DNA of 64,000 nt from Candidatus Latescibacterota bacterium (GCA_965203175.1 OZ241867.1:2528001-2592000); one strand, 5' to 3'. Shown: positions 27,542-37,198, counted from the stretch's first letter. The notes: a model not told the origin generated them from the sequence alone. Numbers and translations are program-made.

Positions 27542-28476
27542 CACACCCCGCCTCCGGTATTGTCGCCTCCGGCGATGCGAAAGTTGAGCAGGGCAAAGAT
27601 CAATATGACGACTAGCAAGCAGAGCGAGACGGCTGCGGCGTACCCTACTTCGAGGTATTTGAACCCGAGCGTGTAGATGTAATAGGCCAATAGGTTGGTG
27701 CGGTGGAAGGGGCCGCCGCCGGTCATCACGTACACTTCGCCGAAGGTGCGCAAGGCGGCGATGGTGGCGATGATGGAGACCACGAGCGTGTAGGGTTGGA
27801 TCGTCGGGATGATGACGTGGCGCACGACTTGCCACCAACCGGCTCCATCGACGCGGGCGGCTTCTTTGAGCTGGGCTGGGATGCCCTGCAAGCCGGCCAG
27901 ATAGATAATCATGTAGTACGGCGCGGCCTTCCACACGGTGACCATGGCCACGGCAAACAGGGCAATCGCCGGCTCGGTCAACCACGCGGCTTGGGTCTCC
28001 ACGCCCAGCAGGCCCAAGAACGCCTCGGGGACGCCGCGCACATCGGCTAGCCACGATGGGCCGCTGACACCCAGCCCCTTGAGGAAGGCGTTGAGCAGGC
28101 CGTCGGCGTTGTACAGCCACTTCCAGACGATGCCGGCGACGACGATGGAGGTGACGACCGGAATGTAGTACAGGGTGCGAAACACCTTGATCAGCCGTAG
28201 CGAGTTGTCGAGGAGGAGCGCCATGAAAAACGAGAGCACGACGAGCGCGGGCACGACGACGATTGCATAGAGCAGGGTATTGGCCAAGACCCGCCAGAAC
28301 AGCTCGTCGCCCCAAGCGCGGCGAAAATTGTCGAGGCCGACGAAGGTGGGCGGCGAGAAGATGTTGTAGCGGTGCAGGCTGAGATAGAGCGTGTCGAGCA
28401 AGGGATAGGCGAAGAACACGACTAAGAGCAACAGCCCAGGGGCGACGAAAAAATAAGGTGCGTAGCGTCCGTACAT
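27541..28476 (-). CDS. Carbohydrate ABC transporter permease (MalF-like)
   Basis: FVGLDNF, LAGLQGIP.QLKEAARVDGA and MTGGGP. Confidence 0.92.
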   Translation of the reverse strand: MYGRYAPYFFVAPGLLLLVVFFAYPLLDTLYLSLHRYNIFSPPTFVGLDNFRRAWGDELFWRVLANTLLYAIVVVPALVVLSFFMALLLDNSLRLIKVFRTLYYIPVVTSIVVAGIVWKWLYNADGLLNAFLKGLGVSGPSWLADVRGVPEAFLGLLGVETQAAWLTEPAIALFAVAMVTVWKAAPYYMIIYLAGLQGIPAQLKEAARVDGAGWWQVVRHVIIPTIQPYTLVVSIIATIAALRTFGEVYVMTGGGPFHRTNLLAYYIYTLGFKYLEVGYAAAVSLCLLVVILIFALLNFRIAGGDNTGGGV

Positions 28477-28478
28477 GG

Positions 28479-28520
28479 TCAATTGCGAATTAGGAATTAG
28501 GAATTAGGAGTTGCGAATTG
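28479..28520. repeat. Heptamer tandem repeat, GGAATTA-like x6
   Basis: TCAATTG CGAATTA GGAATTA GGAATTA GGAGTTG CGAATTG; same unit and orientation as 22959-22993. Confidence 0.85.
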
Positions 28521-28560
28521 GATTGGTTTGGCGACTCAGTAATAAGTTCATGATTGGGTC

Positions 28561-29814
28561 TCAATGAAAGCGCGACAGGTGGTTCCACTTGGATTCGATG
28601 CGGCTCAAGGCCGCGTCCGCGCTTTGCTGACCGGCCAGTGCCTTGGCGAATTCCTCGTGGAGGATGTCCTCCATCCGGCTCCAGCCCTTGACGTCGGGTG
28701 GGGCCATGACAAAGGAGTGGGCGATGTCGGCCGCGGAAAGCTGGTTGGCGGCGTCGGCCAGCGTGGCGGGTTGGCGGCGGAAGTAGGGGTCAGCGGCCGC
28801 TTCTACGGTCGAAGGCAAGATGGCGACGCGGCGGCAGAATTCGAGTTGGTTGGCGTCGTTGGTGACAAACAGCCCGAAGTCAACGGCTTGCTCTACGTGG
28901 GGTGAGGCTTTGGGTACGACCAAGACTTGGCTGGTGGCCGGTACTTGGCCGAGGCTGCCGCGTGGCATGGGCGCTGGTACCGCCTTTTTGGCGAAAGAGT
29001 CGTCGAAGTAGCGGGTGATCCAGCCGCCGGAAAAGGGCAGCATGGCCGCGCGCCCTTCGATGAACCAATTGACCTCGTCGCGGTGGGAGGCTGCGAGGGC
29101 CTCGGGCGGAATGATCTCCTGCTGGTAGGCGTTGATCCACTGCTGGAAGATGGCCTTGGCCTCGGGGTGGTTGATGCGGGTGCGGCGGGCGTTGGGAACG
29201 AAGAGGGGCCAAAATCCGTCTAGGCGTAACAGGGCCCAAGGTGGAGCTATGAGCGAGGGATGTAGCCGCCAAGAGATGCCGTATTTGCCGGTGCGCTCGC
29301 GGATTTGGCGGCCCATGGCGAGCATCTCGTCGATGGTGACAGGCGGGCGCTCGGGATCGAGGCCGGCTTGGGCGAAGAGGTCCTTGTTGTACCAGAGCAT
29401 GGTGACGCCGACGTACCAGGGGATGGCGTAGTTGCTGCCTTGGAAGTAGCCGACGCCGCGCCAGAAGTTTTCGAGTCGTTTGGCCTTTTCGGCGGGTGCG
29501 ACTGCCTCGTCCATGTTGACGAGGATGTCGTATTGCAGGAAGCGAGGCAGATCGTAGATGTTGGCCAAGTCTGGAGGCGCGTCACCGACCAAGGCGGCGA
29601 GGAACTTCTCGGCCACTTCGCCGCCGCTGACATCGACCCACTTGACTTTTACGCCGGGATGCGCCTGCTCGTACTCGTCGATCATGCCCAAAATGTAGTC
29701 GGCGAATGCATCGCCGAGGGCAATGGTCCAAAACTCGAGGGTGACGGTGGCGTCTTGGCGCGGCTCAGGGCTACAGGACGAAAGGACGAGGAGGAGCGAA
29801 AGGACTAATGGCAT
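28561..29814 (-). CDS. Sugar ABC transporter substrate-binding lipoprotein
   Basis: Lipobox LSSC; YEQAHPGVKV, PPDL, YAIPWY..LWYNKDLF..AG and F.EGRAAM. Confidence 0.9.
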   Translation of the reverse strand: MPLVLSLLLVLSSCSPEPRQDATVTLEFWTIALGDAFADYILGMIDEYEQAHPGVKVKWVDVSGGEVAEKFLAALVGDAPPDLANIYDLPRFLQYDILVNMDEAVAPAEKAKRLENFWRGVGYFQGSNYAIPWYVGVTMLWYNKDLFAQAGLDPERPPVTIDEMLAMGRQIRERTGKYGISWRLHPSLIAPPWALLRLDGFWPLFVPNARRTRINHPEAKAIFQQWINAYQQEIIPPEALAASHRDEVNWFIEGRAAMLPFSGGWITRYFDDSFAKKAVPAPMPRGSLGQVPATSQVLVVPKASPHVEQAVDFGLFVTNDANQLEFCRRVAILPSTVEAAADPYFRRQPATLADAANQLSAADIAHSFVMAPPDVKGWSRMEDILHEEFAKALAGQQSADAALSRIESKWNHLSRFH

Positions 29815-29935
29815 GAAAAGGATACAGAGCCTTGTTCACAGAAATAGAATTGGTCATTATCGCACGGCGCGTGCGGTTGACAAACTACGTTTAGGTGCAT
29901 CTGCAAGCAATGCGCCAATCCCGAAAGGATATTCT

Positions 29936-31129
29936 ATGCGTCTGTTTTTCTTTTTCCTGCTAAGCGCGGTTTTTTTCGCCTGCGGGGATAATCCGCTCGC
30001 GGAGCGAGTGGATGAATTAGAGCAGCGGCTCGACGAAGTTGAAGCCGCCCAAGAGGAGGACCGGCTGAGCTTGTTGGCGCGGCTTGATGCCCTCGCGGTG
30101 ACGGCGGACAATGCCGAAGAGATCGGCGCAGTGCGCGCCAAGCTGAACCAGACGGATATTACGCGGTCAGAATTTGAGGATCTAGAAGAGCGCGTGGACG
30201 AGCTGGAAGGTCAAATTGGGGATTGGAGCGGGATCGTCCACTCTTTGCAGTACTCCGTGTACGCCGTGCTCCACGGCGTGTACAACGAAAATATAGAGGA
30301 TTGGACTATTACGTTTATCGGCACGAGCTTTGCCGTGGAAAGCGGTACGCTTGTTACCAATGGGCACATCATAGATGGACTGATTGAATTGGACGGCCAA
30401 GTAGCGACATTTAACAGCAGGTATGGAACCGATTTACAGGGTACATGGATCGTGGTGCAAAACCTGACGACCGATCTGTCATACCAAGAAAATTATTTCT
30501 TCATTGGTACTTATTGGTCGCACCCGCAATGGGACCCCGAGAATCTGAGCTCGCCCGACGTAGGTACGCTGCACATCTCCGAAGGCTTCATTGGGCGGCG
30601 CGCCCGCTTGGCGACGAGCAACGCGGTTTATCGCTTGCGAGTCGGTGCCCCGATCGCGACGTTGGGATTTCCCGGCGAACTCCAGGGCGGCGAGCTGTCT
30701 CACCTTTTCCCGATCGGCACCTTTAAGAACGGCACGATCAGTGCCTTGCGCCCGCCCTTCCGAGGCGAGATGTACACCACGTCCGACTCCTACGTCGTTC
30801 AGCACAATCTCGACCTGTCCGGCGGCACTAGCGGCAGCCCCATTTTCGATGCTTCTGGCCAGGTGGTGGCCATCAACAACGCGGGTATTGAGAATGTGGT
30901 GCTCAGCATAGTCGGTACCCCTGCGCGCATCTCACAAGCCGCCTTGGGATTTGGCATTCGCGCCGACAAAATTCACGAATTGCTCGACGAGGTGGGCGTA
31001 GTGGCCAAGCCGACAACGCCCGCCGAGCCGAGTGGATTAGCCAGTAGCTTGGACGGACGGGATATTGGCTCCCTTGATATTGGGACGACGCAGGAGGACT
31101 TGGCGGATCGACTAGCCGGGAGTGAGTGA
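29936..31129 (+). CDS. Trypsin-like (S1C/HtrA-like) serine protease lipoprotein with N-terminal coiled coil and no PDZ domain
   Basis: Lipobox FFAC; heptad region RVDELEQRLDEVE...LEERVDELEGQI; triad TNGH / PDVG / GGTSGSP. Confidence 0.85.
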   Translation: MRLFFFFLLSAVFFACGDNPLAERVDELEQRLDEVEAAQEEDRLSLLARLDALAVTADNAEEIGAVRAKLNQTDITRSEFEDLEERVDELEGQIGDWSGIVHSLQYSVYAVLHGVYNENIEDWTITFIGTSFAVESGTLVTNGHIIDGLIELDGQVATFNSRYGTDLQGTWIVVQNLTTDLSYQENYFFIGTYWSHPQWDPENLSSPDVGTLHISEGFIGRRARLATSNAVYRLRVGAPIATLGFPGELQGGELSHLFPIGTFKNGTISALRPPFRGEMYTTSDSYVVQHNLDLSGGTSGSPIFDASGQVVAINNAGIENVVLSIVGTPARISQAALGFGIRADKIHELLDEVGVVAKPTTPAEPSGLASSLDGRDIGSLDIGTTQEDLADRLAGSE

Positions 31130-31175
31130 ATGCCATCCAGCCCTGCTAAAAGTGCTCACCGTATGAGCTGCTCGG

Positions 31176-31196
31176 CCTGTCCATGACATGGACAGG
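31176..31196. repeat. Perfect 10-bp inverted repeat with 1-nt centre
   Basis: CCTGTCCATG-A-CATGGACAGG, upstream of higB. Confidence 0.7.
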
Positions 31197-31242
31197 TCAC
31201 GCCGATACGAACATCGGGACTCGGAGAATGACGTTGACGACC

Positions 31243-31270
31243 TTGACAGAGTTTGTGGATTCCATACGAT
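31243..31270 (+). promoter_or_regulatory. Candidate sigma70 promoter of higBA
   Basis: TTGACA-16 nt-TACGAT, 24 nt before ATG 31295. Confidence 0.5.
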
Positions 31271-31294
31271 AAATTATTCTGGTTTTAGTCGGGA

Positions 31295-31585
31295 ATGATT
31301 CAGACATTTGGACATGACTTGGCGGAGGATTTGTTCTATGACAGGAGAACCAGAGCAACTCGTTCATTCTCCGCCCAACTCCATCGAACAGCTAGGCGGA
31401 AACTTCTCTACCTTCACGATGCAGCAGACTTGAGAGATCTGAGAACACCGCCGGGCAATAGGTTGGAAAAGCTCAAGGGAGAATGGGAGGACTTTTACTC
31501 CATCAGGATCAACGATCAGTGGCGATTGGTCTTTCGATGGAGCGACGGACAGGCGTATGAAGTACGGATTACCGACTATCACTGA
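31295..31585 (+). CDS. higB: HigB toxin (RelE/ParE family)
   Basis: MIQTF...ARRKL..L...DLRTPPGNRLEKLKG...YSIRINDQWRLVFRW...ITDYH. Confidence 0.93.
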   Translation: MIQTFGHDLAEDLFYDRRTRATRSFSAQLHRTARRKLLYLHDAADLRDLRTPPGNRLEKLKGEWEDFYSIRINDQWRLVFRWSDGQAYEVRITDYH

Positions 31586-31604
31586 CAGAGGCAAGGTAAA
31601 AACT

Positions 31605-31886
31605 ATGGAACGACAACCTAAAAATCCCTTTCACCCGGGCGAGATGCTTCTCGAGGAGTTTCTCGAACCCATGGGTATGGACTTAACGGCATTTGCGGAG
31701 AAAATCGGCTGGTCCCAAGCTCGACTCGATGCATTCATTCGAGGCGAGCACGATGTAACGGCCGATGCAGCACTCGATCTTGCCGAGGCCCTCGGAACAT
31801 CGGCGAAGCTTTGGATGAACATGCAGTCAACATACGATCTGGATAGAGCTGCCAAGGCACGTAGCTTAGCTATTTCTAGCACTTAG
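31605..31886 (+). CDS. higA: HigA antitoxin (Xre HTH)
   Basis: HPGEMLLEEFLEP...VTADAALDLAEALGTSAKLWMNMQ..YDL, directly downstream of higB. Confidence 0.93.
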   Translation: MERQPKNPFHPGEMLLEEFLEPMGMDLTAFAEKIGWSQARLDAFIRGEHDVTADAALDLAEALGTSAKLWMNMQSTYDLDRAAKARSLAISST

Positions 31887-31994
31887 CAAATTCCCAAAGA
31901 TATACCGACCTGTTCGGCGAATATGTCTAAAAAAGCCCGAAAAATCGACACGTTTTCGGAATATGTACACGATGTGGACATATCGGACGCCGGA

Positions 31995-32858
31995 TCAATC
32001 GGCCTGGATCTTGAACGACTGTTCGACGATGTGCTCGTGATCCGACATTCGCGCTTTCTTTAGGGCGTGCTCGGTCAGCGGCAGATAGTAATGGGTCTCG
32101 GCGTTGGCTTTGATAAAGCCCTCGGCGTAAGCGCACCCGGCGGCTGTGCCGAAGGCTCCGTCGCTGGTCTCGATCCGCTTGCGCGCATACGCCCCGCCGT
32201 AGCCTTGGCTTTCTAGGCAATCCAATGCCGCCAGCTTCTTGGCAACCACGTCGGTAATGTCGATAAAGACGTCGTTGTAGTAGCCGCCTTCCGAATCCCA
32301 GACACTGCGCGGAATTGACGCAGCCCCGGTGCCGAAATAGAAAACTTGGGCGACTCGGTGCGGTGGACGGCTGTCGCCGGGATCTACCCCATAGGCGAGC
32401 GCGAGCGCGTGGAGGACGATTTGCCCGCAGACGGCATGGGCGTTGGTCAGCCCATCGCCCTCCTTGGGAAAGTGGGTCAGCACTACATCCGGTCGGAGTT
32501 CGCGCACCAGCCGCGCTAGGCGGCGCACCGCTTCCTCGGTAACCCGCAACACGGCGTCGTCGGCTCCGAAAAAGTGGATTTCCTCGACGCCGAGCAGGGC
32601 ACAGGCTCGCCGCACCTCGTCGGCTTTGACATCGGCGCGCTCGGCCATCAGCTCTGTTAGTTGGTCGGCTTGCGGGACTTCTGCCCGGTGGAACATCTCG
32701 TCGCTGATCACCTTGTCGTGGACTCTCGCTCCGTGCGTGAGTACCACGCAGCCGACCCAGTCGCCGCGGGTGACGTGATGGGCCATGGTGCCGCCTGACT
32801 GATCGAATATATCGGCCGGATGCGCGCCGATGGACAACAGTCGCAGAGTATCGCTCAT
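31995..32858 (-). CDS. PIG-L/LmbE family Zn metalloenzyme, GalB-like
   Basis: IGAHPAD...GG, LTHG, RPDVVLTH...H, IDITD..KK..AL...SQ and YAEGF; RBS AAGGA before ATG 32858. Confidence 0.8.
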   Translation of the reverse strand: MSDTLRLLSIGAHPADIFDQSGGTMAHHVTRGDWVGCVVLTHGARVHDKVISDEMFHRAEVPQADQLTELMAERADVKADEVRRACALLGVEEIHFFGADDAVLRVTEEAVRRLARLVRELRPDVVLTHFPKEGDGLTNAHAVCGQIVLHALALAYGVDPGDSRPPHRVAQVFYFGTGAASIPRSVWDSEGGYYNDVFIDITDVVAKKLAALDCLESQGYGGAYARKRIETSDGAFGTAAGCAYAEGFIKANAETHYYLPLTEHALKKARMSDHEHIVEQSFKIQAD

Positions 32859-32887
32859 GTTCGGTTCCTTTCGCGTTTTGTTCGCAT

Positions 32888-34168
32888 TCACGCCGAGACC
32901 ACGACTGGCACTCGGTGAATGACGTTGCCGAGGTAGCCTTTGGGGTTCCAAGGCTGGCGGAAAGGCTGGGCGTTGCCCGCATCGTCAAACGCCCGCGCCC
33001 AGATTTCGTAGTAGCCCTTGCTCGCAAAGGTTAGCTCGGCGCTCCAACTATACCAAGCGTATTTATTGGCTGGCGGGGTCAGCTCGGCCTCTTGCCACTG
33101 GATGCCGAGGTCGGTGGAGATGAGCACCTTGGCCACGCTGCGTTCGCCGGCCCAAGCGTGTCCGCTAGCGCTGAGTGGAACGCCCGCTTGGACGGTCGCG
33201 TTGGCTTGCGGCGCGGTGATGAGCGACTTGACGACCCACGAGGTAGCAATGACCATGTCGGCTTCCGGCGGCGGTTTCCCCGGTTCCACCGGATAGGCTG
33301 GAACGCGGTAGGAATAGCCGGTCATTTTATCGGAGTCGTGGACGGTGTCGCGCACCCAGATGCGGTTGAGCCACTTCTGCATGGAGCTGCCGATCCAACC
33401 CGGAACGAGCAAGCGCGCTGGGAAGCCGTGGGCCGCCGGCAGTGGCTCGCCGTTCATTTTGAGCGCGATTAACGTGTGCTCGTCCATGGCTTTCTCGATG
33501 GGAATGCCTCGCGAAAACGGAGGGTCGTCCTCGCCGTAGTTGGCGAGGTACACGGCTTTCTCGGTTACTTCGGCCGCTTGTAACACGTCGCGCAAGCGCA
33601 CGCCCGTCCACTCGCTACAGGCGACTGCTCCGCGAATCCACTGTGTACCGCCCACCGTGGGTGCGAATGAGCTACGACCGTTTCCGGCGCATTCTAATAC
33701 TACCTTCAGCGTGACTTGCGGTAGGCTGTGCAAATCGTCCAGTGAGAAGGCGCGTTGGCTGCGGACTTCGCCGTCAACGGTCAGGCTCCAGCCTTGGGCG
33801 TCTTGGCTTAGGGCGCGCTCGGGGATGCTGCCGTTGTTGCGTACGAAATGGCGTGCGGTCGGCGTGACGTCTGCGGCGAGTAGATGCGGGGGAAACTCGC
33901 CGTTGAACGGGTGTTGCGAGTGGACGATCATGTCTGGCTTGGGCAGACCGACCGCTGCTGCGCTGACCCCGTTTCCCTCCGGCTGAACGGGTCCCTCGCT
34001 ACAGCTTGGGCCAGCGCCAAAGACGCCGAGGCCAGCTAGCGCGGCTCCCTTGCCTATGGTCGTTAGGAAGTGTCGCCGCGAGGTGATCCGGTCAAAGTGC
34101 GCCAATTCGTCCGCACGCGTCCCGTTTTCCGCTGGCAGGTAGTTTTGTTCGTAGTTTGATTCAGGCAT
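32888..34168 (-). CDS. Sulfite oxidase family molybdoenzyme (SorA/SorT/SoxC-like), Tat-exported
   Basis: SRRHFL Tat motif, HFVRNN, ECAGNGR, MNGEPLP..HGFPARL.VPGWIG...KWL and a dimerisation domain ending WNPKGY. Confidence 0.9.
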   Translation of the reverse strand: MPESNYEQNYLPAENGTRADELAHFDRITSRRHFLTTIGKGAALAGLGVFGAGPSCSEGPVQPEGNGVSAAAVGLPKPDMIVHSQHPFNGEFPPHLLAADVTPTARHFVRNNGSIPERALSQDAQGWSLTVDGEVRSQRAFSLDDLHSLPQVTLKVVLECAGNGRSSFAPTVGGTQWIRGAVACSEWTGVRLRDVLQAAEVTEKAVYLANYGEDDPPFSRGIPIEKAMDEHTLIALKMNGEPLPAAHGFPARLLVPGWIGSSMQKWLNRIWVRDTVHDSDKMTGYSYRVPAYPVEPGKPPPEADMVIATSWVVKSLITAPQANATVQAGVPLSASGHAWAGERSVAKVLISTDLGIQWQEAELTPPANKYAWYSWSAELTFASKGYYEIWARAFDDAGNAQPFRQPWNPKGYLGNVIHRVPVVVSA

Positions 34169-34195
34169 AGATGATTTCTCCAGTCTATGGAGTCC

Positions 34196-34843
34196 TCACT
34201 TGAACAAGCTCTTGCGGCCTATTCTGCTGCACAACAGGCACTCGGCCGGCTGGTGGCCGCGCGCTGGGCAGTGCTCGCGGCCAAAGTAGATGATTTGTAG
34301 GTGCAAGTCGTTCCAGCGCTCTTGGGGAAAAAGGCGCTTGCAGTCCCGTTCCGTTTGCTCAACGTTCTTTCCGGTGGATAGTCCCCAGCGGTAGATCAGC
34401 CGATGGATGTGGGTATCCACGGGAAAGGTCGGCACGCCGAAGTTCTGCGCGAGCACGACCTGCGCGGTCTTGTGCCCCACCCCAGGCAGGCGTTCGAGCG
34501 CGGCCAGATCGGGCGGAACTTGGCCGCTGTGTTCGGCGAGCAGGATTTGCGACAGTTCCCAGATGGCCTGCGACTTGCGCGGAGCCAGTCCGCAAGGGCG
34601 AATGATCTGCTCGATCTCTGCCACGGCCAGTTCGGCCATGCGCTCGGGCCGGTCGGCGCGGGCAAAGAGCGCGGGCGTTACTTGGTTGACACGCGCATCC
34701 GTGCACTGCGCCGAAAGCAACACGGCAATCAGATGCGTGTAGGGGTCTCGACGCTTGAGCGGGACTGAAGGATTGGGATAGAGCCGCTGGAGTACGTCGA
34801 GGACGATCTGAACTTTGGCCGTGGTTGTTAGCGTAGCACTCAC
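34196..34843 (-). CDS. nth: Endonuclease III
   Basis: LLSAQCTD.RVN, HhH LPGVGHKTA, VDTH and C-terminal Cys cluster; GTGA overlap with the upstream stop gives start 34843. Confidence 0.93.
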   Translation of the reverse strand: MSATLTTTAKVQIVLDVLQRLYPNPSVPLKRRDPYTHLIAVLLSAQCTDARVNQVTPALFARADRPERMAELAVAEIEQIIRPCGLAPRKSQAIWELSQILLAEHSGQVPPDLAALERLPGVGHKTAQVVLAQNFGVPTFPVDTHIHRLIYRWGLSTGKNVEQTERDCKRLFPQERWNDLHLQIIYFGREHCPARGHQPAECLLCSRIGRKSLFK

Positions 34844-35970
34844 TGGTTTCTGGCTGCCGCCCACTGATTTTTCATCTGTTCCATCTCCGCGTTGGGGCGA
34901 ATTTTCCGACTGGTGATTTGATTCTCTGGATCGTACAACCACTGACCCTGGTCGTCGCGGAGGACGGGCAGGCGCTGGGCGACGGCGGGGGGTTCGGCCA
35001 CGCGGGTGGGTTCGGCTGCGTACCAGTAGGCAACGCTGCTCATCTCATTGCAGAGGTGGTTGCCGTGGCCGTGTTCGATGGTGGCCTTGATTTCTCGCTG
35101 GAAGTGAATCGGGTTTTCGAGGTGGTGGACGTACGAAGTTTGGTAGCCGTTGGTGTTTTCTTCGTGGATGGAGGAGCCGTTGCGCAAAAAGGCGTTGTCC
35201 TGCATGCCCCACGCTTGGTTGAGATAGTCCTCGCTCCCGGTGCCGTGCAACTCGGGAGGCCACTTGTAGCCATCGATCCAAATCATGTCGTCGCCCTCGC
35301 CCCACCAAGTGCCCTGAAAGTTGGTGACGCTGATGTTGCAGCCGATGTAGTGGCCGCGGCCTTGGGTCTCCAAGATGACGTAGTTGTTGTCCCAAGCCGT
35401 CTGTTCCTTGTTGACGATGTTGGCCTCCGGCGAGTTAACGCGAATTTCGTGGCCCCAGCCGCCAAAGGGGTTTTCGCGGCGGAACTCCGCGTGGAAGTAC
35501 CCGGACTCGCTCGGCACGTCGCCGGTTTCGTAATCGACGTAGAAGTACTGGCGGTGCCGCTCGCTGCTTTCGTTGACTAGTTCGACGACTGCGCGTTGGC
35601 GGAAGGGCATTTGTGCGTACGCGTTGAGGGCGCAGCCGGTGTTAAAAACATTGTTGCTGCGCGTCGAGGCCGAAAAGAGCAGGGATTGGTAGGAGTTGAC
35701 GATGCCGTGGCCGAGGCCGAAGAAATCGCCCAAAGGGCACACCACGCTGGGAGAATCTGCGTCGTCCCAAGTGATCTTGAGCAAGCACTCTCGATAGTGG
35801 TTGGCTTGGGTCAGCCACAGGTGGGTGATGCGGCCGGGGCCTTTGATGTCGGCGAGGACTGCGCTCTCGCCGGGTTCGATCCACCAGGCGTCGCTGTTGC
35901 GGCCGGTTTCTTCCCAGGACGAGGCGCGCCCGGTCTGGGCGCTGCGGAGATAGGCGAGTTGGTCGAGCAT
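34840..35970 (-). CDS. DUF2961 / glycoside hydrolase family 172 protein
   Basis: GPGRITHLW, PLGDFFG, MPF, WWGEGD, GTGSEDY, IEHGH.N and SSVAYWY. Confidence 0.9.
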   Translation of the reverse strand: MLDQLAYLRSAQTGRASSWEETGRNSDAWWIEPGESAVLADIKGPGRITHLWLTQANHYRECLLKITWDDADSPSVVCPLGDFFGLGHGIVNSYQSLLFSASTRSNNVFNTGCALNAYAQMPFRQRAVVELVNESSERHRQYFYVDYETGDVPSESGYFHAEFRRENPFGGWGHEIRVNSPEANIVNKEQTAWDNNYVILETQGRGHYIGCNISVTNFQGTWWGEGDDMIWIDGYKWPPELHGTGSEDYLNQAWGMQDNAFLRNGSSIHEENTNGYQTSYVHHLENPIHFQREIKATIEHGHGNHLCNEMSSVAYWYAAEPTRVAEPPAVAQRLPVLRDDQGQWLYDPENQITSRKIRPNAEMEQMKNQWAAARNQ

Positions 35971-35983
35971 GAAGCGTTCCTTT

Positions 35984-37198
35984 CTAAGCCTTGAGTTTGC
36001 CTTCTTTTTGCACCTGTTCATAAATCCGGGCGAATTCTTCCGAGCCGTCGTCGTTCCAGACCTCGGTGCGCACGCCGCGCACATTGCCCTCGACAAATCC
36101 GGTCAGTCGCTCGACCGCCGGGATGCTCGGGGTGTAGTACGTGGTGCCGCCGGGCAGGTGCAAGACGCCGACGTGGCGCGGCAGTTCGCTCTTGGGCCGC
36201 GCAGCTAGCTCTGTCAATATGCGCTCATCGACTTCCACGCCTAGCCCCGGCCCCTCGGGCACTGGCGTGCTGCCTTCGCTGACTTCGAGGCGGTCGCCGG
36301 TCACATCCTCCGCGTATTGGTCGTCTAAGTTGGTCGAATGCGAGACATTGGGAATGACCGCGGCCAAGTGCATGGCCATGGCCTTGCACAGGGTGCCGCC
36401 GGTGAGCTGGACCACGGTCGAAACCCCGGCCGCCGCCGCGGCCAAGCCCCGGCGGATGGATTGGCCAATGCCCATTTCGCCGATCATGTAGAGATCGGCC
36501 ACATCCCGCTGAATCTCCGGGCCGCCGCCGAGTTGCGGCACGTGCATCAAAAGCGGCAGGGAGGTCTTGGAACGCAACAGACGCCAGCCCTCGATGTCGT
36601 AGGGGTAGAGCGGATCTTCTAAGAAGCCGACGACTGGAAATTTTTCCAGCTCATCGACGATGCGCAACACGGCTGTAGCGGGCCGATTGTGGTTGAAGTC
36701 CCAGTGGACCTTAAAGCCAGTCGGCGCGACTTCTTGGGCGGCGCGCGTCTGCTCGATCACGTCGTGCTGTTCGGCCGAGTGCATCTTGAAGATGGTGTAG
36801 CCCTCTTGGGCGGCGCGCTGGATTTCGCTGGCGAAGTCCTCGGGGGCCGCGGGCCGGGTCCACGCCGCCACGGGTACGCGGTCGCGGACCTTTTGGCCCA
36901 TCAGTTTGTACGCCGGCTCTTCGATGGCCTTGCCCATGGCGTCGTACAGTGCCCCCATCAAGCCGGCGCTGAGCGCGCCAGCGACGTAGTTGAACGGCGA
37001 TTGGTCGATCATGCCCGCGATTTGCTGCTCGGAGAGCGAGACGTGACCGCGCTCGTCGCCGTAGCCGACGACGCCGTTGTCGAGAGTTACGCGGAAGACG
37101 GTCTGGGTGTCGATGCCGGAGAAGCGGACTTCGTGACCTTGGTAGCGGTCGCAGAGGCGCGGATTGATGTGGAAGAATTCGACGTTGGTGATTTTCAT
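35984..37198 (-). CDS. Mandelate racemase/muconate lactonizing enzyme (enolase superfamily)
   Basis: G.VGYG, ALYDAMGKA...P.YKL.G..VRDRVP, FKMH, DFN, LEDP and VPEGPGLGVEVD. Confidence 0.88.
   Translation of the reverse strand: MKITNVEFFHINPRLCDRYQGHEVRFSGIDTQTVFRVTLDNGVVGYGDERGHVSLSEQQIAGMIDQSPFNYVAGALSAGLMGALYDAMGKAIEEPAYKLMGQKVRDRVPVAAWTRPAAPEDFASEIQRAAQEGYTIFKMHSAEQHDVIEQTRAAQEVAPTGFKVHWDFNHNRPATAVLRIVDELEKFPVVGFLEDPLYPYDIEGWRLLRSKTSLPLLMHVPQLGGGPEIQRDVADLYMIGEMGIGQSIRRGLAAAAAGVSTVVQLTGGTLCKAMAMHLAAVIPNVSHSTNLDDQYAEDVTGDRLEVSEGSTPVPEGPGLGVEVDERILTELAARPKSELPRHVGVLHLPGGTTYYTPSIPAVERLTGFVEGNVRGVRTEVWNDDGSEEFARIYEQVQKEGKLKA

Noticed and set aside
22959-28520. Heptamer arrays as a CRISPR array
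   Set aside because: The units are contiguous 7-mers with no spacers, and no cas gene is present.
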